Assembly: GCA_944336335.1 (NCBI GenBank)
Contig: CALVLC010000036.1
Location: forward strand, 1 to 56,421
From: an uncultured Bacilli bacterium
Lineage (GTDB): Bacteria > Bacillota_I > Bacilli_A > RFN20 > CAG-826
Reading direction: 5' to 3'
DNA length: 56,421 nt
Shown here in pieces: positions 40,919 to 49,700 of this stretch. The translations under genes and the position numbers were made by a program. Position 1 is the stretch's first letter. Each line of letters begins with the position of its first letter. The notes under the pieces are model-generated. The model was not told the origin of the DNA. It did not search any database and was given only the letters and a program-made list of their open reading frames with translations.

Positions 40919-40938
40919 TTACATTAAAATTAATGTAA
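40919..40938. promoter_or_regulatory. Best-matching copy of TTACATTA-N4-TAATGTAA
   Basis: TTACATTAAAATTAATGTAA ending 9 nt before the LacI start. Confidence 0.6.
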
Positions 40939-40947
40939 AATAGAGAT

Positions 40948-41934
40948 ATGAAAACTCAAGCAAAACCTACTTTAAAAGACATCGCAAAACTAGCTGGAAT
41001 ATCAGTAAATTCTGCTTCTAGAGCCTTAAAAGGAAAGAAAAATATTTCCAAAAAAACTCAAGAAAAAGTAAGGCAAATTGCTGATAAATTAGGCTATATT
41101 CCAGATAAGAGGGCCAGCGCTTTAAGAGCAGGTAAAATGGATGTAATAGCAATCATTTATGATAACTTAAATAACCCTTATTACTCCATGATGCTTGATA
41201 AATTAACAGGTAAACTTTTCGATTATAAATACGAAACGATGATATTTATTGATCGACATTCAATTGGATATTTATCACTTGAAATTGCAAAAAGAGTTAT
41301 CTCTTTTCATGTGTCAGGAATTATCACTTTTATTGAGCCAACTCCAGAAGCAAAAAGCATAATTGATAAAAGTAAAACACCAATTGTCTTACTTGGAAGA
41401 GATGGTTCTAAAACAAATACAACTAGTGTTTTTAGCGATGACTATGAAGGTGGTAGGCTTGCTGCAAAAACACTTATCGAAAAAGGATCATTAAATCTTT
41501 TGTATTACACAGAACATAAAGACTTAGATATTGATAAAACAAGACATAAAGGTTTTGAAGATTTTGTAAAAGATAATTTAAATAAAGTTCCTTTTGAAGT
41601 TGTTGGAGATGAAACTCATAAGGCAAAAGATTTATTGATTGAAAAGCTTACCACTCAAACTATAGATGGAATCTTCTGCTTTAGTGATTTATTAGCTTTT
41701 GATGTTTTAGAAGTTTTAAGTGATTTAAACTTAAAAGATAAAGTTAAAGTAATTGGCTACGACAATATTAAAGAATCTTTCCCTTATCCAATTAGAGTTA
41801 GTAGCATCTCTCCTGATATCACTCAAACAGTTTGCGAAACAATTTCGACCATATTAAATATGATAGAAACTAAAAATCTAGATTTTAAACTTACTAAAAT
41901 ATCCGTCGCTTTTTATGAAGGTACTACTTGCTAA
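40948..41934 (+). CDS. LacI-family transcriptional regulator (divergent)
   Basis: TLKDIAKLAGISVNSASRAL HTH; GYIPD; VIGYDNI. Confidence 0.93.
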   Translation: MKTQAKPTLKDIAKLAGISVNSASRALKGKKNISKKTQEKVRQIADKLGYIPDKRASALRAGKMDVIAIIYDNLNNPYYSMMLDKLTGKLFDYKYETMIFIDRHSIGYLSLEIAKRVISFHVSGIITFIEPTPEAKSIIDKSKTPIVLLGRDGSKTNTTSVFSDDYEGGRLAAKTLIEKGSLNLLYYTEHKDLDIDKTRHKGFEDFVKDNLNKVPFEVVGDETHKAKDLLIEKLTTQTIDGIFCFSDLLAFDVLEVLSDLNLKDKVKVIGYDNIKESFPYPIRVSSISPDITQTVCETISTILNMIETKNLDFKLTKISVAFYEGTTC

Positions 41935-42002
41935 ATTATCAATTAATTCTTAAAAACACATTAGTTTTGCAAGGATTTTGGAGTCAAATCCTAGTTTCAA
42001 TT

Positions 42003-42048
42003 TTAAAAAGTTCCCTTTTCAAACTAAGTTACAAAGGGAACTTTTTAA
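42003..42048. terminator. Bidirectional intrinsic terminator
   Basis: AAAAAGTTCCCTTT / AAAGGGAACTTTTT between convergent frames. Confidence 0.75.
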
Positions 42049-42059
42049 TTCGTTAACAA

Positions 42060-42453
42060 CTATTTTGTAGATCCAATAATGTCTCCAAAATCAGTACCAA
42101 CAGCTGTGATCTTTCCATGGTTTTTATTGCTTGCATCAGCAGTGCCACCAGTTAAAGCTCCGCTTATACCACCAACTTTATTGTTACCTGAAATATCTCC
42201 AAAGTTTTGACAGTTTGTAATAGTTACATTACATGTATTTTTAATGGTTCCTCCTAGTATACCACCAACACCATTATCACTACTTTCAATGTCGCCATTA
42301 TTAAATACAGCCATCAATGTTTCCTTGTGAATTAGTAACTGCGCAACCAGCAATACCACCAGTATAAACAGCTTCATTTGTTACTTTGCCATTGTTCACA
42401 TTGTTCTTTATATTTCCACTCTTGAATGTACCAACAATGCCACCAACAAATCT
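42060..42453 (-). pseudogene. 3' fragment of a GLUG-repeat protein gene, frameshifted near 42306
   Basis: RFVGGIVGTFKSGNIKNNVNNGKV..YTGGIAGC.. then a 1-nt shift into FNNGDIESSDNGVGGILGG..VGGISGAL; no start codon or signal peptide. Confidence 0.72.
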
Positions 42454-43042
42454 AAAACCACAATGAGACAGTATTTAAATTCTTGCTATTGTCAACTCTT
42501 CTTTTTTAATAGAGTCACCTTTAAGTCCAGCAATAAGGTTTTGAACACATTCATATTCTAATAAAGAATCATCAATTTGATTTTCTTTTAGATATTCATA
42601 TATTGCATCATAAAAGTATCCTTCTAAAGTTTCACCATATACTTTAGTATACTTTTTAAATTCTTCCTCAGCTTCTTTAGATAGGTTTATTTCTACTCCA
42701 ACTTCTTCGTTATCTTTTAAATAATTTTTATATTTATTTTCATCTTTTTGTTTTGCTTCAACAAAACCAGCTTGTTCTAAATAAGTATATATTTCTTCTG
42801 CTTCAACAAAAGTAATCTTATAAATCTTAACTATTCTAGAAAAGTTAAATCTTTCATTATTATTAGTGATTCGATTAATAATGTCTTTTGTAATTTCACT
42901 ATCTTTCCATTTAAAAGAACTTTTGATCAAAGAAATATATTTATTCATTCTTCTTTCAATCATTCCTTCTAGAGTTGTATTTTCTTTGTTAAGTAACTCA
43001 TTAAGTCTGTTATAAGCTTCTTTTTGATATTTTAATTTTCAT
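42454..43042 (-). pseudogene. Pseudogene paralogous to 280-915
   Basis: ATG at 43042. Removing one A from the run at 43021-43025 gives MKIKISKEAYNRLNELL.., colinear with 280-915. TAA at 42475-42477 falls where the paralogue has Gln. Confidence 0.8.
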
Positions 43043-43479
43043 AATCTCTCTTCCTTTACTAGTACTTTAAATCATTTGAGGTGAAAATGGAAATATATTC
43101 TAAATATAAATAATATTTAAATAAGATTTCATATACTTAAAACAAAAATTTAAGTCAAATTGCATATAATTACAACTTAGAAAACACAAGAGTTGTCTAT
43201 AATTACAAAATAAGAAGAATTATATAGGTAATTTTACTGGCGAATAGTGGATGATAATAAAAATATCAAAGAACCAAGTTTTAACAAGAAAAGAGATATA
43301 TAGTTACTAAATAAAAATATTTCTAAAGATTGTACTAAAGCATTTAGGGAAAATTGAAAATAAAGATAAAACTTTAATAAGGTTACCAATAATAGCAAAT
43401 GTAATAACAACTAAAGCTCTACTACGTTTTTAAAAATTTAGGTTAGTTTTGTGAGGTTTTTGGAGTTTTTTAAAGGTTT

Positions 43480-45050
43480 TTAATACCTTCCATAATCAAA
43501 CATATCTTTCATTTTCTTAGACCAAGGTAAGACTTCCTCAATGTCGAAGCCTTCTTCGTAACCTAATGTTCCTATAAGATAAGAAAGATATTCAATAGTG
43601 TCTAAATCATTCTTCAAAGAGCTTTCTATAAGGCTAAATAATGATGATGTAATTGGAGCAAAAACTTTACTATTTCCTTTACTTACATAGAACTTAGCCC
43701 CACCTAAAAGCACTTTATAGGATGAGTAATCTATGTCTATACTAATTTTCCCATTATTTAAAAATGCATATATATTCGCTTTTGCTTTTAAAAGTAGTTC
43801 TAACTTTTGCTTTGTTGATTTACTCCCCTTTTCTTTGATGGATTCTACATAATCAAAGAACTTGTTAATTAAAGGAATCAATATTCGATTTCTTTCTTTT
43901 GCAATAGCTTTTTCATCATTCTTATTTTTTCTTCGATTTCTTGCGCATTAAGAATCATATCAAAGTTCATTTCATTAAGATCGATTAACTCTTTTTCAAG
44001 TTAGGTATATTTAGTAGAAGTTAAGAAAGTATCGATTTCTCTAAAAGTAACTACTTCTTTAATCTTTTCTGAATTAGTAATTCCAACTTCATCAACATCA
44101 AGGATAAGATATATTAAGTCTTGATTGTTACTTAACTCATTTAATTTTGAAATCAAATCATCTGATACATCAAAGATTGAAAATTTCTTTTCACTTATTG
44201 CTGAACCAAATATATTCAAGTAGATTTCTCCAGCTTTACGAACTTTTTGGTTCTTAACATCAAGAATATCAATTGGTAATCTACTTAACTTAAAGACATC
44301 TATATCTTCAGCAGCTTCTTTTACTCTATTTATAACTGGTTTAATAATCTCATAGGCTCTAAAAAAGTGATTTGCTAAAGTTTCTTCAGTGATTTCAATT
44401 CTACAATCATCTTTTAAATATTTTGTAGCAAGATATAAAGGATAGTCATTTAAGAAGCATTCAAATAGCAGAAATGAAATTAATGATGGAGATATAAGTT
44501 CATCATCAAATAACTTAGTAGCCTTTGTATCTTCTTCATATATTACCTTACCTTGATTACCATCCTTTTTAAGATACTAATATGTATTGCAACGAGCAAG
44601 ATAAACTTTGTCCTTTAGATTAAATTCTAATTTCTTTGCTATAGTTATTTTATTTAGTTTCTTTAACGAAGGATCATCATCAATTGTTATATTAATATGA
44701 GTTTTCTTTAAATGACTTTCATCAATTTTAACAAATGGTTTAAAGGCCTCGGGACTCTTTTTAATGAACCCACTTGGTAACTTTTTAACTGTCTCATTTA
44801 TAGACGATGAATTCTTATATAACTCATAAGAATCATCTATATCACTAAAATAAATAAGTTTTGAATCACTATTTACATTCTTTTGAAGTATATAAGTTAA
44901 GATTCGTATTAATTTAAGTGATTCTTCTTTGCAATCATTAATTTTTGTTAAAGCTACTATCAAAAACTTTTGTTTTCTATGTTTTCCTGAAGCTTTGTTA
45001 TTTCTTCATCAAAATTTATGTTCTTCTCTTCTTACTTCATGTATTTAATT
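43480..45050 (-). mobile_element. Highly diverged, disrupted IS66-family TnpC-like transposase remnant
   Basis: ISPSLISFLLFECFLNDYPLY..ITEETLANHFFRAYEIIKPV, FLNNGKISID and SLFSLIESSLKNDLDTIEYLSYLI..IEEVLPWS match IS66 TnpC patterns; in-frame TAG at 44577-44579; frameshifts around 43880-44000. Left boundary is approximate. Confidence 0.62.
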
Positions 45051-45339
45051 TAAGCATTAATTAATATGAAAATCTATATTTCTTGTTTAACATAAACCGT
45101 ATGCTAAAATTATCGGAAGAAACAACATAACACAATAAACAATTTTCCATTCAAATTAATAACTTTTTGTGGGTAATTATTTAAATAAAAAAATTGAAAA
45201 ATTTGAATCTGTAATAATGTACTTGAATTTTGCCATATAGAATATCCTCCGTAATATCTTTATTTGGTATGATTTGAGTTAACATATTTAATTAATAAAA
45301 CCTAATATAAATAAAACATTTAAAAAACCTTATATTTCG

Positions 45340-46614
45340 TTAATCAATTTCTTTTATAGGCAAATATGGAATTCCAAATTTTAAAACTTTTTTTCTAAGA
45401 TTGCTTTCTTTATTTGCATAATAGGATGATAAATAATTTCTTTTAAGTTCTGTAAGAGTTGAAATCGAAATATCACTTAGCCCGTTTTCTTTACAGGAAA
45501 AATAATGGTCTTTTTCGCGTTGCATTTCTTTTGGTAGAGAATCAAAAAGTGCGGATCCTATCATATAATCTAAGATTTTAATGTTAATTTGATCTAAATG
45601 CAAAGAAGAAATAAAATCAAAGTTTTCTAAAATCATTTCAACGGTTTCAATAGGAGAACCAATAATAAAATTACCAACTGTAAAAATGCCTTTAGTATTT
45701 GCATAAGTAATAATATCAATTATTTTTTCCTTTGAAATGTTTTTGTTATAAAATCTTAATACTTTTTCAGAAGAATTTTCTAATCCAAAACTAATAATTT
45801 TTACATTAGCATCGTAGGCTAAATCTAATAAATCAAAATCAATGTTTACTGTACTACTTAATGCGATATGCATATCATCAGAAATATTAAATTGTTTTAG
45901 CGCGTTTAAAATATTTTTCGCTCTATTTAAATCAAAAGTAAAATTATCATCTATAATCCAAACATTTTTTACACCCCTTTTTTTTAAATCAAGAAAATCT
46001 GAAATTATATAATCAAGCGAATGTGTTTTATATTGTGAATACCGCCCTTTTCTCTGACAAAAAGAACAGTTATTTAAACAACCTTGAGATGTTTGTATAA
46101 TGTTGGAAAAATTATTTAGTTTATAAAAAGGAATTTGATTTAATAAATCTCTATCAGGAAGGGGTAAGTCATCATATCTTATAATGTCAGAAAAATTGTT
46201 GTTTCCAATGAAATTACCTATAATTTTACAGATATTAAATCTTGGATCTGACTTACAAGTAAAATCGGCATAAGGTATATCTTCTTTTTTTGTTGCACAT
46301 AAATATCCAAACGCAATTACATTAGCATTTGTTGATTTCTTAATCTTACAAATTAAATCATAACCAGAATAAATGTTTTCTGATCTTTTAAGCGAAAAAG
46401 AATCAAAATCAACGAGCACAAAATCTATTGACTTAGAATTAATAAATTCAACTATTGTTCCATCATCAATTTCTTGGCATGATAAATCAAAAAAATAATT
46501 GTCAGATTGGAATGTTTTTTTTAGAATAGCAGATAAATAAGTAATATTAATAGAATACCCGAAACGGAAATGCTTTTTTTCGGTAGGTTTTGGATATATA
46601 AATAAACATTTCAT
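45340..46614 (-). CDS. B12-binding-type radical SAM protein (putative class B methyltransferase)
   Basis: N-terminal Rossmann-like domain (LFIYP..ITYLSAIL); QTSQGCLNNCSFC; IDDNF; SFGLENSSE; GNFIIGSPIET. Confidence 0.82.
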   Translation of the reverse strand: MKCLFIYPKPTEKKHFRFGYSINITYLSAILKKTFQSDNYFFDLSCQEIDDGTIVEFINSKSIDFVLVDFDSFSLKRSENIYSGYDLICKIKKSTNANVIAFGYLCATKKEDIPYADFTCKSDPRFNICKIIGNFIGNNNFSDIIRYDDLPLPDRDLLNQIPFYKLNNFSNIIQTSQGCLNNCSFCQRKGRYSQYKTHSLDYIISDFLDLKKRGVKNVWIIDDNFTFDLNRAKNILNALKQFNISDDMHIALSSTVNIDFDLLDLAYDANVKIISFGLENSSEKVLRFYNKNISKEKIIDIITYANTKGIFTVGNFIIGSPIETVEMILENFDFISSLHLDQINIKILDYMIGSALFDSLPKEMQREKDHYFSCKENGLSDISISTLTELKRNYLSSYYANKESNLRKKVLKFGIPYLPIKEID

Positions 46615-47390
46615 TTTTTCTCAACCTCGATCAACGCTCTTAGACCCCATGCTCCTCCGTCTTCTATCTCATGGTAAGGCCATAATCCATTAGTAATTTG
46701 AGTATTAACTAAAAAGTTATAGGCCTTCCTAATAGGCGAATCATAGTCAATATTTAAATATTCAATCAGAGCAATAATAGCTATTCCTGTGCAGTAAACG
46801 TTCGAACCTACAGGGTGCCCTTTCCAAGGCGCAAATCCTCCATTATCTTCTTGTTGTGTTAAAAGCCACAAAAGTGTATCATGTACAATTTTTTCTTTGC
46901 GCAAGGTCGGTTTTTTTGAAGCAGCCATTAAAAAATAAGCGGCTTTATAAGTAAGAGAATTTTTTTCGGACTCCCACAATTTTTTAAGTTCATTATATTT
47001 TTCTTCACTTCTTAACTCAGGAATCAAATAAAGCAAAATTCCAGTTACAGGAATTCTAGCAATATCCCTTTTTGTTCTTCCCCGAATTAAATTTTCTTTT
47101 TGAGATTTGAGCCGCTCAATTGCCTTTAATCTATTTTGTTCAAATTCTTCGAAATGAGAAAGAAAATATATTGTCCATATAGTATCAGTGTTGCCAACAA
47201 AACCTCCGTCATCTCTTTGCGATGAAACCACTTTTTCAATAAAAGCTTTTGGAATTGATTTAGTAGACATCCCGGCTAACAACAATTGAGAAAATAACTT
47301 GATCTGTCTCCCTAATTCTAAATCTTTCTTTCTCATTTCTTGTGTCATTTTATATAAACACATAAAAGCTTTATCGCTATAAACACTCAT
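46611..47390 (-). CDS. Prenyltransferase/squalene-oxidase-repeat (alpha/alpha barrel) protein
   Basis: QW-type repeats: VSSQRDDGGF, WLLTQQEDNGGF, FLVNTQITNGLW; AIE[CGG]LKSQ. Confidence 0.78.
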   Translation of the reverse strand: MSVYSDKAFMCLYKMTQEMRKKDLELGRQIKLFSQLLLAGMSTKSIPKAFIEKVVSSQRDDGGFVGNTDTIWTIYFLSHFEEFEQNRLKAIERLKSQKENLIRGRTKRDIARIPVTGILLYLIPELRSEEKYNELKKLWESEKNSLTYKAAYFLMAASKKPTLRKEKIVHDTLLWLLTQQEDNGGFAPWKGHPVGSNVYCTGIAIIALIEYLNIDYDSPIRKAYNFLVNTQITNGLWPYHEIEDGGAWGLRALIEVEKK

Positions 47391-48243
47391 AAAAATTAGA
47401 TTCCTTATTTAAAAAAATATCATTAATATCAGTAATATCCAGGAGCCACATAACAAATCTATCAATTCCAAAACCAAAACCTGCTTTTGGTTCTATATTG
47501 TTTTTAGCTGCATCTAAAAACCAACCCATCTTATCGGCAAACTTTAAAAAAGTAAATTTTTTTAAATAAAACTCGTAAGACGTTTCTCTTACTGAATATT
47601 CCACTATCTCACCAATGCGAGGGAAAATTAAATTTCCAGAAAAACCCTTTTTTGCTCTCCACGAAAACGATGTCGGTAGATTAGCCAAAAAAATAGGAAT
47701 TTTTGTTTTTTTACATAAAATATTAGAAACTTCATCAACATTGCCGCGCGAATCTCCAAGCAATTTATCCACCTTTAAAAAATCATAAACGGGGAAAAAA
47801 TTTTTAAAAATTTCCTTTTTATTAATAATAGTTATTTGATTACTTTCTAAATAATTATTAAATTTTTGTATCAAAAAATTTATAAAATGAAATAATAAAT
47901 TTTCAACTTCTATTAAAGTCCCGCAATTCCATTCAACCTCAAGTAAATGGAACTCAGATAAATGTGTTTCATCATTTAAATCATTTCTAAAAGCATGTGT
48001 AACTGTATATATATTCCCAAAAGTCGAAGATAAAGCAGAAAGTTTTAAAGAATTCGATGGTGTCAAAAATAGTGAGTTATTTTTTCCAAAATAAATTGTG
48101 TTTTTAAGGTTATCTACATATTTTTTTTGAACTATGTTTGTATCAACAAAAACAAAATTTTCGTTTTTAAAAAATTCATGAATATATAAAATAACATTTG
48201 AAAGAATCACAAAATAACAATCCTTTTTATTCAACTTTTCCAT
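47377..48243 (-). CDS. Class II aaRS (AsnRS/AspRS-like) catalytic-domain-only paralogue
   Basis: Motif 1 region (HEFFKNENFVFVDT), motif 2 AFRND..HLSEFHLLEVE, motif 3 GFGFGIDRFVMWL; 288 aa with no anticodon-binding OB fold. Confidence 0.85.
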   Translation of the reverse strand: MEKLNKKDCYFVILSNVILYIHEFFKNENFVFVDTNIVQKKYVDNLKNTIYFGKNNSLFLTPSNSLKLSALSSTFGNIYTVTHAFRNDLNDETHLSEFHLLEVEWNCGTLIEVENLLFHFINFLIQKFNNYLESNQITIINKKEIFKNFFPVYDFLKVDKLLGDSRGNVDEVSNILCKKTKIPIFLANLPTSFSWRAKKGFSGNLIFPRIGEIVEYSVRETSYEFYLKKFTFLKFADKMGWFLDAAKNNIEPKAGFGFGIDRFVMWLLDITDINDIFLNKESNFYECL

Positions 48244-49420
48244 AAGTCCAATTCAAAATCCTTGTGCCAAATGACATTTCAAATCCAAAAGAAGTAAAAA
48301 GTCTTATTATTTTTTCATTGTTTGAAAAAGTCTTAGCAATTATATTTGGAAAAATATTACAAAAAAATTCCAAAGCAAATTTAGAAATACCTTTTCCTCT
48401 TTCTTCAGGGAATATGTATATTTCCTCTAATACATGAATATTATGTAATCTTCCACTTTCTCTCATATAACCTACTAGTTTATCTTTTTCTAATATTGCA
48501 AAAGTATGCTTACATGAATTTAAATCTTTTAAAATAGAGCCTCTTTTATCATTAAATGATAAAAACTTTTTATCAATCTCGCTCATTTCTAATAGTTTCT
48601 TCTTTAATATATTTAAATAACAGGGCTTCATTATAACAACGGAGATTTTTGGCAAAGGCTTTTGATCTAAAAAAAGTTTCTTTGAAGTATTATAAAAAAT
48701 ATCTTGTAAAGTACCATTGTCAAAAAAAGAACAAAAAGACTTTATTTCTTCACGATAAGTATATCCTTTCGTAAAATAAATTTTTCCGAAAGGATAATCT
48801 GTACCAAACAAAATCCTGTTAGAGCCAACTATTTTAATTGCATCTAAAATAGTTTGATAATTTCCAACAGTCGACGTCTCAAAATAAACGTTATCGTAGT
48901 TTTTTAGTTTCTTTACATTTTCTAAAACCATATCACTTTCATAAATATGCCCTCTACCCATATGAGCTAAAATGATATCTAATTTAGGTGCAACTCTCAG
49001 TATTTTTTTGATTTGCTTTGGCTTATCAAGAAATGCCGCGTGTATAATAAGTGGTCTTTTATAATACTCTAAAATTTTATAATACAAATAAAGAGAACTT
49101 GAGGGTATCTTTTCGTAGACTACATGGTATTTAGCGCCTTTGAATCCGTTAAAAATATTTTCAACCAAAAAATCATCAAATCTTACAATTGGTAAAATTC
49201 TACCATTAGAATTTATCATAGCCGAAAGCAAGTATTCATTATTTTTATTAGAATCATATCCCATGTCAGGAATCGGTAATCCACAACAAAAATCAACACC
49301 ATTATCATCCATTATTTTTAAAAATGAAGGATAATCATTGTTTAAATTATAATGAAAATTGCTCTCCGAAATTTTGAAATCTTCTAAGCCAAAATGAACA
49401 TGACTATCAATTATTTTCAT
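48227..49420 (-). CDS. Amidohydrolase_2-family metallohydrolase fused to a C-terminal GNAT-like domain
   Basis: IIDSHVH, IIHA, ILAHMG, LFGTDYPF; C-terminal IYIFPEERGKGIS acetyl-CoA motif. Confidence 0.82.
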   Translation of the reverse strand: MKIIDSHVHFGLEDFKISESNFHYNLNNDYPSFLKIMDDNGVDFCCGLPIPDMGYDSNKNNEYLLSAMINSNGRILPIVRFDDFLVENIFNGFKGAKYHVVYEKIPSSSLYLYYKILEYYKRPLIIHAAFLDKPKQIKKILRVAPKLDIILAHMGRGHIYESDMVLENVKKLKNYDNVYFETSTVGNYQTILDAIKIVGSNRILFGTDYPFGKIYFTKGYTYREEIKSFCSFFDNGTLQDIFYNTSKKLFLDQKPLPKISVVIMKPCYLNILKKKLLEMSEIDKKFLSFNDKRGSILKDLNSCKHTFAILEKDKLVGYMRESGRLHNIHVLEEIYIFPEERGKGISKFALEFFCNIFPNIIAKTFSNNEKIIRLFTSFGFEMSFGTRILNWTYGKVE

Positions 49421-49700
49421 CTATTTCTACTAAAAATATAATTTTCTTTTGCAATGCTTCGGAATAAAACAATAATATATCGTCTTTTAAAGTGGTTTTT
49501 TCCACATCAAAAATTTTTGTTAACTCATTTACAATATCATCAATATTTCTTTTTCCATCAGCATTTTCAAGCATTTTAAATGACACTAAGTTTAATCTAT
49601 ACTGATTCCCATCATTCACATTTAAAGCCCGAAAAGAATTGTTTACACTTTTTAGAATAACATCATCATTCAACTTTAAAATTGTTCTTCCATCCAACAT
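49407..49700 (-). CDS. PqqD-family RiPP recognition element
   Basis: 97 aa; GNQYRLNLVSFKMLENADGKRNIDDIVNELTKIFDV..DILLF pattern; GGAGG RBS inside the upstream gene. Confidence 0.87.
   Translation of the reverse strand: MLDGRTILKLNDDVILKSVNNSFRALNVNDGNQYRLNLVSFKMLENADGKRNIDDIVNELTKIFDVEKTTLKDDILLFYSEALQKKIIFLVEIDENN

Noticed and set aside
42060-42377. 105-aa ORF as a real gene
   Set aside because: Its first ~20 codons are an out-of-frame reading of the upstream GLUG repeat; it is a frameshifted fragment.
43441-43480. Short GGTTTTT-like repeats
   Set aside because: Low-complexity sequence expected in AT-rich DNA; no regular period.
44001-44963. ORFs 44001-44219 and 44577-44963 as separate hypothetical genes
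   Set aside because: Same frame, separated by one TAG; parts of the IS66-like relic.
47377-48243. Calling this housekeeping asnS or an asnS pseudogene
   Set aside because: It has no anticodon domain, yet the frame is intact with its own start and overlaps both neighbours inside a biosynthetic operon.
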